Source: a virus
Lineage: Duplodnaviria; Caudoviricetes
Virus record (IMG/VR): IMGVR_UViG_3300013947_000021
Coordinates: 64,001-128,000 of that record
Strand: one strand, 5' to 3'
Length of the DNA: 64,000 nucleotides
Shown here: positions 42,589 to 51,747 of the stretch, piece after piece
How the letters are laid out: each line of letters begins with the position of its first letter
Numbering within the stretch: position 1 is the stretch's first letter
Notes under the pieces: generated by a model
Database searches by the model: none
Told to the model about the DNA's origin: nothing
What the model saw: only the letters and a program-made list of their open reading frames with translations
Program-made: the position numbers and the translations under genes

Positions 42589-43417
42589 TTAAATTAATTG
42601 ATAATTTTTATCTATAACAGTAGATTTACTAAATGATAGTGCTGGACGAACATATATACCTGATACAATAGGATAAGCTTCAGCCCTATCGGCATCTTTA
42701 TTTTCTGAGTTACCATTATAATAGTTGGAATATGGAACATCTTTATTTGTACTATACTCATCTCTCAACCAATAATTTCTATAATATTCCTCTTCAGTTT
42801 TAAATTGCCTTGCTTTATATGGTACAGTTTTCCCAGTAGCTATCTTTAAAGCATCTAAATATGATTTACCCATTCCATATCCAAAACTGGCACCAAGACT
42901 CCAACCAACTTCTGCCATAGATAATAAAAATATATCTCTTAATTCTTTTATAACAGGATATGTACTATCTTCTATGCATTGTATCATTATTTCAGTCTTT
43001 ACCAATTTACTTCTAATAGATGAATCTAATTTAGATCTATAACTATCTGATGCTGAAGCATCTGCTGATAAATATTTATCTATATTAGAATCATAATAAT
43101 GAGGACTACCATTCGAATCAAATACTCTCGAATTACCATATGAATATCTTTGTAATAATAATATAGTATCATTATTATAAGATGTACCCAGAACTATAAA
43201 ATCTGTAAGTTTATTAGAACCAGATAAAGTAGTATTAAATTTAACTATAGAACCAATTGATATATCAGCTAATGGTGTTCCTAAATTAAATATTTCTTTA
43301 CTACTACCATTTATATTTCCATATGCATTAGATAATGCTTTAGATGAACCATCTTTATTAATATAGAGGGAGGTTAATTGTTTCGACCCCCCCCCCAATA
43401 TTTGTATATAATGACAT
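42589..43417 (-). CDS. Poly-G cassette A11 with DUF6273-like domain, OFF (G10 at 43387-43396)
   Basis: MSLYTNI-G10-SKQLTSLYINKDG; body paralogous to A3 (IFLLSMAEVG, YWLRD, VRPALSF). Confidence 0.85.
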
Positions 43418-43458
43418 TTTAATAATCTCCTTTAACAAATATTAGGGATATTAATTAT

Positions 43459-43873
43459 TTATGATAAAATCATATAGCTTAAATTCATAATTATACTTGA
43501 AAAGTTTGCATTTGGAGTAAATATTCCATTGTTAATATTACATATTGTTATATCATCAGATCCACTAGTAGATGTTGATGATGCAGCACTAATAGTTATA
43601 TTATTAGAAGAATCAACAGAAATTATTCCAATATAATTAGAGTTGTTGGTGCAATATGATCCTATAATTTTATTTGTATTTCTATTATAATAAATATTCA
43701 ATACATTACTTCCAATATAAGCAAATTGTAATATCAATATTATAGTAGTACCATTAAATGTAACACTATTATACCTATTAGTGACATTATATGTAGTTCC
43801 TATAATATAAGAACCATTATTACCCCCCCCCCAAATCTTTGGAGGCTCCATCAATATTAGCATAAATACTCAT
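43459..43873 (-). CDS. Poly-G cassette B12, OFF (G10 at 43823-43832)
   Basis: MSIYANIDGASKDL-GGG followed at once by TAA; G9 gives GGGNNGSYIIG. Confidence 0.8.
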
Positions 43874-43909
43874 TTTAATTAATCTCTTTTATAATAAATT
43901 TATTTTTTT

Positions 43910-43921
43910 TATTTAAATGTT
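43910..43921 (-). promoter_or_regulatory. AACA-N6-TA promoter of cassette B12
   Basis: AACATTTAAATA. Confidence 0.65.
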
Positions 43922-43986
43922 TTAAAGTTAAAATATATAGAGATATGGATGTTCTCCATATCTCTATATTCTTTATTATCTTTATA

Positions 43987-44643
43987 TTACGAATATACTC
44001 CTAATATACTACCATTACCTGTAGGTGTACTAGCACTAGTATTTAATGCTATATTTCTTACTTGATAAGTAGTATAATTAGTATTAGCTTGTGCTACTAA
44101 AGCACCAGTTAATGTACCACCAGACTTATCGAGTTTATTTGCTAATGCAGTTGTAGTAGCATAAGTACTATGAGTATGATTAGTATCAGACTTTCCTGCA
44201 AGTGCAGCAGCAATTACTTTATTCTGAACAGGATTCTCTGAAGTAGTAGACATTGCAGTATCACATTCTACTTTACCTCCTCCACCACCTTCATACCATG
44301 CAGACCAGCTAGTACCATTATACTCACGATATGCGATAAGTCTAGAATTAGTTCCATCTGCAGTAGTACCGAGTTTTTCAGCTTCCTGAATAATATACTT
44401 AGAATAATTTGTTGCCGAAGAACTATTATCAGGATCAGGAGCATATACTCTAAGAACCCATGCACAAGCACTGCTGCAAGTTAATGGCGTAGTAGTAGTA
44501 CCAATGAATATATACATACCTGTTTCAAGCACAGTATCAAGTAATGTAGAATTAGATGATAAACTGCCAAGTAACACAGATCCATCAAGATAACCATTTT
44601 GAGCAAGTTTTGATATACCTGCTATTATTTTAGGTTGTGCCAT
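43987..44643 (-). CDS. Short tail fibre protein with pyocin-knob-like domain
   Basis: LETGMY...LRVY...IIQEA...YREYNGTSWSAW; SENPVQNKVI; C-terminus identical to 38488..39330. Confidence 0.7.
   Translation of the reverse strand: MAQPKIIAGISKLAQNGYLDGSVLLGSLSSNSTLLDTVLETGMYIFIGTTTTPLTCSSACAWVLRVYAPDPDNSSSATNYSKYIIQEAEKLGTTADGTNSRLIAYREYNGTSWSAWYEGGGGGKVECDTAMSTTSENPVQNKVIAAALAGKSDTNHTHSTYATTTALANKLDKSGGTLTGALVAQANTNYTTYQVRNIALNTSASTPTGNGSILGVYS
43994..44128. repeat. 135-bp direct repeat, copy 2
   Basis: Identical by eye to 38495..38629. Confidence 0.9.
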
Positions 44644-44678
44644 ATATAAAATCTCCTTTCAAGAGGAATGATAAATTA

Positions 44679-46913
44679 TTAAGTAGTAATTTTAAATTTA
44701 AGAGAGTCATTATAATTATGCTGAGAAATATCCTTAAGATATTTAACATCAACCCATGATGTACCAGTAGGAACAGAAAGTGTAACAGTCTGCACACTAG
44801 AGGATGAACTGCCCTTAAATAATTTGGTATAAGTACTATCTGCAGAATTACTAGTCCCAAGAGCTGTACCGATTTTACCTATAATACCATAGTCATAATT
44901 TGCTTCAGCATAGTTTATACAATTAAATGTAACAGTATATGCAGCTCCAGTATTATTAGTAAAGTTTATACGGCAAACAGCAGCGGAACTATTTACTCCA
45001 GCATTACCAGATGTATAATAACCGTCAGATGTAAGACTAAATCCATAAGATGCTCCAGATACTTTGGAAGTAACTGTCCAAGTAGGAACAAGTGCTTCTG
45101 CAGTAAATGCTTTACATGAAATAGATCTTACATCACATAACTTTATTAAGCTATTCTTAAATTCAACAGCAGTAGTATCACCTGCGGTAAAATACCTGCT
45201 TGCAGTATCTATTTTAGTAATTGGTATATCAAATTTACAAGATACCGAGTTTCTAGATACTGTAATAGTTATTGTATAAGTTCCAGCAGCTGCAGATGCT
45301 AATGCGGTTGAAGTAATACTATAATGCATTCTATGATTATCATCAACAAACATTACTGGATAACTTGATGATATCTCTGTGCCAGATGAATTAGTAACTT
45401 TTATTGATACTAATGTACAATCTGATGACTTAAGATTCTTATGAGGTTCAGCATATCCATAATCATAATTATATTTAGCAAATTTATTTGCATCACTAGC
45501 ATCATGAGCTTCAAGTATTTCCGCTACTCCATTAAGTTCTCCATCTGAAGCCATAAATACTTTTGCATTAGCAGCATAATTACTAGTATTATTATACACC
45601 CATTTAGCATTAGTATTATGATCACTACTTGCATAAGTTGTTTTTATGCAAGACCTTTTAGAATAAGGAATCTTATCAGCAGTAGCAGAATCACTACAAT
45701 AGAATTTATTTTCTATTTTTTCATAAAGTCCAACCATTGAATCAATTCTTCGTATTACTGGAACATAATCTCGTATAGTAACTCCATTTTTAACCATTTT
45801 AAAACTGTAAAGTTTAAAACGTCCATTATAAGTTGTTTCTGTTCCAGCACCTCTAATACTTTCAACATCAGATGTTGTAAATATATAAATATTATTTGTA
45901 CTATTGGTTCCAGTAGGAGTAAATGTATAAGCTGTACCATTAACTGTAATACCACTCTTAGAACATGAAGCAGTAATACGTGTAGTAGCATCTATACTAA
46001 CATCTTTTTGTGCTCCACCATAATGCCATCTTATTCCTCCGCCAGATTTATATGCATTAAATAGATATCCATTAACTGTCCAGGAAGAACCAAATATACA
46101 ATTATCTGTAATTCCATCTGATAAGCATTGAAAGTCTACAGTAGTTACAAGATCATCAGATGGCTTAACTCCAGTATCTATCTTTTGTATACCATTAGAT
46201 TGAATATAGTCAAGAAGTGTATATTCTTCATTTTTAAATATATAAGATTCTATAATTGGCTTATATGATTCACTTATATTTATATATCCATTGGTAATAG
46301 ATTTATAATTACCACCGATATTTATATTTCCATTAATTGGCTTATTTATACTAAGGGTAGATGTTTGTGAACCATTAGCTCTATGAAATATATCTGTAGC
46401 TCTATCATATAATCCAATATGCCCAGAGCTCTCCTCAAGGCAAGGAACAAAATCTCTTACAAGAGTACCATTATCATATACTTGCATAGAAAATATTCTT
46501 ACTTTACAAGGATACTGAGGACTATTAGCATTATTTGTATCACCAATATGCATACTATATGAGTTAGTAAATGATGTAGTATCATTAATAGTAACCGCAG
46601 TACTATCTACTTTAAATTGAGATTTGTCCAAAGATACAGTATGCCTATCAGAAACAGATTGAGATGAGAATGAGATACTATATTCTTTTGTACCCCATCT
46701 TCCCATCCAAATATTTTTACTATTATCTACATAAAACCATACCTGTTGAGTAGAGCTATTTCTAGATCCACATATTGCACTATACTGTGAAGAAAGAGAA
46801 ACAACTTGACAATCAACAACTATTTTTGTATTACTATTAGGCTTGAATTTTGTACTTATATATTCTCCACCATAAAATTCAAAATAATCTGCCTGAATGA
46901 ATCCGTCACGCAT
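44679..46913 (-). CDS. Multi-domain receptor-binding/lectin-like tail protein
   Basis: Two repeats of a ConA-like domain (T.xKP...VD.Q...I.GS...RDxVP...GLY); internal NINIGGNYKSITNGYINI motif like the cassette N-terminus. Confidence 0.65.
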   Translation of the reverse strand: MRDGFIQADYFEFYGGEYISTKFKPNSNTKIVVDCQVVSLSSQYSAICGSRNSSTQQVWFYVDNSKNIWMGRWGTKEYSISFSSQSVSDRHTVSLDKSQFKVDSTAVTINDTTSFTNSYSMHIGDTNNANSPQYPCKVRIFSMQVYDNGTLVRDFVPCLEESSGHIGLYDRATDIFHRANGSQTSTLSINKPINGNINIGGNYKSITNGYINISESYKPIIESYIFKNEEYTLLDYIQSNGIQKIDTGVKPSDDLVTTVDFQCLSDGITDNCIFGSSWTVNGYLFNAYKSGGGIRWHYGGAQKDVSIDATTRITASCSKSGITVNGTAYTFTPTGTNSTNNIYIFTTSDVESIRGAGTETTYNGRFKLYSFKMVKNGVTIRDYVPVIRRIDSMVGLYEKIENKFYCSDSATADKIPYSKRSCIKTTYASSDHNTNAKWVYNNTSNYAANAKVFMASDGELNGVAEILEAHDASDANKFAKYNYDYGYAEPHKNLKSSDCTLVSIKVTNSSGTEISSSYPVMFVDDNHRMHYSITSTALASAAAGTYTITITVSRNSVSCKFDIPITKIDTASRYFTAGDTTAVEFKNSLIKLCDVRSISCKAFTAEALVPTWTVTSKVSGASYGFSLTSDGYYTSGNAGVNSSAAVCRINFTNNTGAAYTVTFNCINYAEANYDYGIIGKIGTALGTSNSADSTYTKLFKGSSSSSVQTVTLSVPTGTSWVDVKYLKDISQHNYNDSLKFKITT

Positions 46914-46938
46914 AAGTATAATTCAACTCCTATCTTTA

Positions 46939-48636
46939 TTAGGAATTACTATAAACAAGTACAATGTCTCCATCATTTCCACTAGTAGGAAGTGTAGCAT
47001 CACTTGCATATACAGAAATATTTCTTACATGATTACCAGTACTAGTAGCCTTAGCGATAAGATTGCCAGTCATAGTAGCACCAGTTGTCTTTACGACATT
47101 AGTAATATTTACTACACCACTTGTAGAAGGAGTAACAGTAGTACCATTAACCTGGATTGTAGGAGAAGCAACATCGACAACACCACTAGAATCGGGCGTA
47201 GCAATAGTTCCATTTACTCTAACTCCAGAAACAACTCCACCATTAAGCTTTGCACCAATCTTAGCAATTGCACTCTCAACATTATTTACCGAATCAAAAT
47301 ATCCAGCTGTATTAACAAGTGTAACATTAGCACCAGTAGCAGTAAGTGCAACATCAGTACCAGTACTCTTACTTACTACTGTAAAGATATCCCCGTCTTC
47401 AGCAGTATATCCATTAAGAGCAATATTTCCAGCAGCATTTATAGTATAATGAGTATTCTTTGTAAGAAGTATACCATTCTGATAAATTTGTGCAGCATCA
47501 GATATAGCTACAGAAAGAGGATTAGTGATAACAGAAGCACCAGCGGTAGCTGTAGTAGAACCAGAAACTATTGTTCCAGTATCAATAGTCTGCCAAGTAC
47601 CATCACCACGAAGAAACTTAGTATTTGCACCAGCAGCAGGAGCAGGAACAAGGCCCTTAGCACCTGCAGAAGATGCAGTAGCAGCGGTCATTATAGAATC
47701 AGAAGCTATACCAAGTCCAGTAATATCAGACTTAGTAATTGCTGTAGCTGCAGATATATGTCCAAGCGTATCTACAGTAATCTTATACATGCCGCTTGTC
47801 TTAGCAGTATGTGTAGGATGACTATATACAGTATCGCTAAACTTTGCATTTGCAGGAACAGATTTTGCAATAGTATATTCAAGTGCAGTAGGCTTACCAT
47901 CTACAAAATATACAGGAGTTGTAGCATCACCAGCGGTAGATGTACTTAGCTTAGTAGCTGTTTCTACACTAGTCTGAAGAGGATGAACATGATCTGCTCT
48001 TGCAGATCTAGTAAGTGTGCCTACTGCAGCAGTTCCATTTTCCTTAGGAATATCTGCAGTTCCAGCAAGGCCATATATAGTAGGCTTATTATCAAGATCA
48101 TTATAGCTATTACTAGTAGCCACAGTACCAAGTCCAGAGACTATACTAGCAGGAACACCAGTAACATTAATATTTACATCTTTACTTCCATCAAAAGTAG
48201 CAGCAGTAGCAGTTATACCACCACTAATTCCGATACTTCTTGCAGTTTTAAGTTTATCAGCAGTTCCTGCATTACCAGAAACACTAGTTTGAAGAGGATG
48301 AACATGATCCCCTCTTGCTACAGTAGTTTCAGTTCCTACAGAAGCATTTGCCGCTCCAGGCTTAGGAGCAGTGGTTGAAATCTTTACAAGTCCAGGAGCA
48401 GCAGTAGTTGCATCTGGAATAGTTACATCAGTACCAGAAACAGGATCTACAGTTCCTATTGTAGTTTTGGCACTATTTAAAAGTTTTACACTTTTATTAA
48501 CTCTAACACTTGTAGATCCATCGGAACTATATACATATAATTCGCCATCTTTTTCTACAAGCTCATCAGGATAATAAGTTTTACCTGTCTCAAGCTTTCG
48601 AGCTCTAACAGGTTGCTTTATATTATTAGAAGCCAT
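46939..48636 (-). CDS. Tail fibre protein
   Basis: Thr/Ala/Gly-rich; two ARxDHVHPLQTSV repeats, GLVPAPAAG...FLRGDGTW, C-terminal VRNI...PTSGNDGDIVLVY. Confidence 0.8.
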   Translation of the reverse strand: MASNNIKQPVRARKLETGKTYYPDELVEKDGELYVYSSDGSTSVRVNKSVKLLNSAKTTIGTVDPVSGTDVTIPDATTAAPGLVKISTTAPKPGAANASVGTETTVARGDHVHPLQTSVSGNAGTADKLKTARSIGISGGITATAATFDGSKDVNINVTGVPASIVSGLGTVATSNSYNDLDNKPTIYGLAGTADIPKENGTAAVGTLTRSARADHVHPLQTSVETATKLSTSTAGDATTPVYFVDGKPTALEYTIAKSVPANAKFSDTVYSHPTHTAKTSGMYKITVDTLGHISAATAITKSDITGLGIASDSIMTAATASSAGAKGLVPAPAAGANTKFLRGDGTWQTIDTGTIVSGSTTATAGASVITNPLSVAISDAAQIYQNGILLTKNTHYTINAAGNIALNGYTAEDGDIFTVVSKSTGTDVALTATGANVTLVNTAGYFDSVNNVESAIAKIGAKLNGGVVSGVRVNGTIATPDSSGVVDVASPTIQVNGTTVTPSTSGVVNITNVVKTTGATMTGNLIAKATSTGNHVRNISVYASDATLPTSGNDGDIVLVYSNS

Positions 48637-48775
48637 GATTATACCTCCATATTATATAAATTTTTATTATTATGTTTTGAGTTTATATATAGGCAATATT
48701 AAATTTAAATACCAGAAAAATGAGATTGCTGGTAAACATAATAATAAGTATTTTCATAGTAAAGGAGTATTAGAC

Positions 48776-49759
48776 ATGTGGATTCGGTCATTATATAGTA
48801 CCATCTCATCAGATGGAGTTACATCTCCTATAGGAACTCCATCTGAATCTGTTGATGCTGCCATAAAACTTACAGAAGCTTTAGAAAAATATGGGCCTTT
48901 TTTAGTTGGTATTGCAATAGCAATTACAATATTTATGATCATTGTGATTGCAGTCGTAGTTATATTTTTATATGATAAAATTTGTAATAGTAAAAAGGGT
49001 GAAAGAATATTTGGATTTAGTGAAAAAATTGTTGAAACTGCTATGGCAAATTATTTTGAAAAAAATAATAAGGCAGAAAATTCAGATCAACTTGTAGCAG
49101 TCAATGATAAAGAAACTAGATCATTCGTGGTTCAATGTATGGAAAAATTAGATTTTATTACAAATAAACTTGATATATTGAAACCACCTCAAAAAACCGA
49201 AGTTGTTAATAAAGATAGATTAAAAAACTATTGGAAAGCTAGAGATGAATTTACTAATGCATCCAAAGCATGCCTATCTGTATTGGAATGTAGTAGGGTA
49301 TCTATCTATGTTTTTCATAATGGAAACAAATCTCTTTACGGATTTCCGTTTTTTAAAATTACATGTGTATACGATTTAACTAGTAATGGTTCTAAGAGTT
49401 TTGCTAGTAAGAATCATGTAGATTGCCCATTGAATATGTGCGGATTTGTTGCTGATTTATATAGCCAAGGATTGTATATAAATTATAATATAGAAGAAAC
49501 AAAAAAAGAAAATGAAATAAACCATGTTGATGATAGAGGTATTTTAACATTTTTAGAATACTCTAAAACTAAATCAATATATATGGAAGCAATTAAAACA
49601 GACGATGATGCATTATGCGGATTTGCTGCAATAGAATTTGATACTGCACATGATCCTACTGATGATATGAATAATAGTTATATAATGAAAACTATAGAAA
49701 GTTATATAAAAGCAATTAAGCCAATTGTTTGTAATTATGGGGAATTTGATAAAGACTAA
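48776..49759 (+). CDS. Membrane protein with C-terminal GAF-like domain
   Basis: AAGGAG RBS before 48776; one long TM helix; RVSIYVFHNG...GFPF...GFAAIEF. Confidence 0.55.
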   Translation: MWIRSLYSTISSDGVTSPIGTPSESVDAAIKLTEALEKYGPFLVGIAIAITIFMIIVIAVVVIFLYDKICNSKKGERIFGFSEKIVETAMANYFEKNNKAENSDQLVAVNDKETRSFVVQCMEKLDFITNKLDILKPPQKTEVVNKDRLKNYWKARDEFTNASKACLSVLECSRVSIYVFHNGNKSLYGFPFFKITCVYDLTSNGSKSFASKNHVDCPLNMCGFVADLYSQGLYINYNIEETKKENEINHVDDRGILTFLEYSKTKSIYMEAIKTDDDALCGFAAIEFDTAHDPTDDMNNSYIMKTIESYIKAIKPIVCNYGEFDKD

Positions 49760-49849
49760 ATATACATAAGTAAGTAGGTTTTCCTACTTACTTATTTTTT
49801 ATAGCCTGAACAATTTTATAAATTATTATTTAAAGGAGCGTAGACTATT

Positions 49850-50323
49850 ATGGAAAATATTAACCTTATTGCAGCTATAGGAATAGTATGTCTTATTGTT
49901 GTTGCTATAGTTATAAATATTATCATTATAATTTCTAAAAAGAAGGATAAAGAAGCTACTGTAGAAGAAATTCTTGATTTTATTTCCTCTCGTACCTCTT
50001 CTATTATTATAGCACTTCAAGATGCTGTTATTATTCTTCAGAAAAATGAAGCTGATTATAGTAATAAAACAGAGTATGAAATTGATGTAATTAATACTAC
50101 TCTTGAAGTGATTAAAGAACGTGGTAAAGATTTTGGAATTCCTGAATCTATTATTAATATATGTGATACTGCTAAGCTTGCTGAATTTATTGAAAATATT
50201 TTTAACTCTCACAAAGAAGAAGTTTATTCAGTGCTTCCTGCAGAAGTTATCGATAAGAATAAAGATCTTTATGATGATGAAACTGCGAATGTACTTGCTG
50301 AAGCTAAGGATGAAGAAGAATAA
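49850..50323 (+). CDS. N-terminally anchored membrane protein
   Basis: Hydrophobic N-terminus, acidic helical body, AAGGAG RBS. Confidence 0.6.
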   Translation: MENINLIAAIGIVCLIVVAIVINIIIIISKKKDKEATVEEILDFISSRTSSIIIALQDAVIILQKNEADYSNKTEYEIDVINTTLEVIKERGKDFGIPESIINICDTAKLAEFIENIFNSHKEEVYSVLPAEVIDKNKDLYDDETANVLAEAKDEEE

Positions 50324-50367
50324 ATACATAATGAATACCCATGGAGAATTAATCTCCATGGGCCATT

Positions 50368-51747
50368 TTATTTGTCTTCTTTTTTAGATTCTTTCAATCT
50401 ATCTTTATATCCAGATTGAGCTAATGAATAATTTGCAAGATAATCTTTATCTATATAAATTCCTATATAAGTACCTATAGCAGTAACTATTTCATCTGAG
50501 CTAAATACCATAGTGTCCCAATTAATAGTTCCTTTAATATAATTTCCACCATTATAAAAAATAAACTCGCAGAAAATAGATGGGGATATTCCCTGATATA
50601 AACAATCAGCGATGCATTTTTTTATATCTCCTTCTAGCAATTCAGAAAGATTTATAGAGAATTTCTTATCCATTACATCATTTTCATCCATCTCATATGA
50701 AGTAGAAATATATAAAGGCCAGCCATATTTATTCTCTTCAGGAATAATAGTTTCTTTAAATGTATAACATGTACTAATAGGTCCATTAGGCTGATACCAT
50801 GCTGTATAAATCTTTTCAAGATTATGGGCATTGTTAGAATAATATGCATACATCTTAGGAGCAGGAAATCTAACTTCTGCAGATAATTCTATTCCAAATG
50901 CGTTAGTCATTTGGCCATTTTGATTTCCATCATCTGCAGATAAATCTGTAGGACGTACATGTACATACATATTTTGCATTCTTAAAAAGAATTCATTTCT
51001 TCCATTAAGAGTTCTAAATTTATATAAAAAAGGCAAAGAACTATGCATATTAAGATATCTTAAAAATTTAGGGATGTCTTTTATTATCTCAGTATTATAT
51101 GCTTCGGTTCCTTTCTTTTCTAATTTAATAACTTCAAATCCATTATCTCTAGCAATTTGTATCATTAATTCATAAGGAATATGAAAATCCAAATCTACAT
51201 CTTCTCCACAAGTAAATCCTACTCTACAAGCCATCTTTATATATTTATATAAATCAAGCTGATGTGATCTAGTTTCTACTTTAATTCTAAAAGTAAAGGG
51301 CATAAGCAAAGTTTCCATTCCTATACCTAAATAAGAAGATGTTTCGGGGCATGAGAAAAATGATTCTTTAAATTTTCCTAATGGAGTATATAACTGCATT
51401 CCATAAGGATAAGAATCTACATTTTCATTATTAAAATCCCAAGTTATAGAAGGAGTAATTGTAAGAGCAGGAGTAGGACGTTTTAATAGCTCAAGTTTGC
51501 TCATTGATCTAAAATCATCATATATATTTTTTCCATCTACATAAACAGATTTGAATATATTCTTATTAAATTTGGAAAGAAACCATTTCTTCATATATTC
51601 AACACAAAGAGAATATGCTTGTGTAGTAGATGGAACACAAATAGATCTATATAAAGACTTAGAATGATTATTTGATTTTTCAAATTCATTTGGTGTAATT
51701 TCAACTATATTAGATGAATTAAAGTCCATATATTCATTCACCTCCAT
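50368..51747 (-). CDS. Putative virion neck/tail-completion-type protein
   Basis: 459-aa ORF with GGAGG RBS; function guessed from context only. Confidence 0.4.
   Translation of the reverse strand: MEVNEYMDFNSSNIVEITPNEFEKSNNHSKSLYRSICVPSTTQAYSLCVEYMKKWFLSKFNKNIFKSVYVDGKNIYDDFRSMSKLELLKRPTPALTITPSITWDFNNENVDSYPYGMQLYTPLGKFKESFFSCPETSSYLGIGMETLLMPFTFRIKVETRSHQLDLYKYIKMACRVGFTCGEDVDLDFHIPYELMIQIARDNGFEVIKLEKKGTEAYNTEIIKDIPKFLRYLNMHSSLPFLYKFRTLNGRNEFFLRMQNMYVHVRPTDLSADDGNQNGQMTNAFGIELSAEVRFPAPKMYAYYSNNAHNLEKIYTAWYQPNGPISTCYTFKETIIPEENKYGWPLYISTSYEMDENDVMDKKFSINLSELLEGDIKKCIADCLYQGISPSIFCEFIFYNGGNYIKGTINWDTMVFSSDEIVTAIGTYIGIYIDKDYLANYSLAQSGYKDRLKESKKEDK

Noticed and set aside
32702-43863. Track starts MGGG (TTG) and MLIL/MQIL for the cassettes
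   Set aside because: They lack a properly spaced RBS; the conserved RBS-ATG lies upstream in another frame, and A6 shows the intact form
32702-43873. Invertible shufflon explanation for the array
   Set aside because: All cassettes are co-oriented, each has its own start, and no recombinase is seen in the window
32702-43873. CRISPR array or DGR
   Set aside because: The repeats are coding leaders separated by gene-length bodies; no RT and no adenine-specific TR/VR pair was seen
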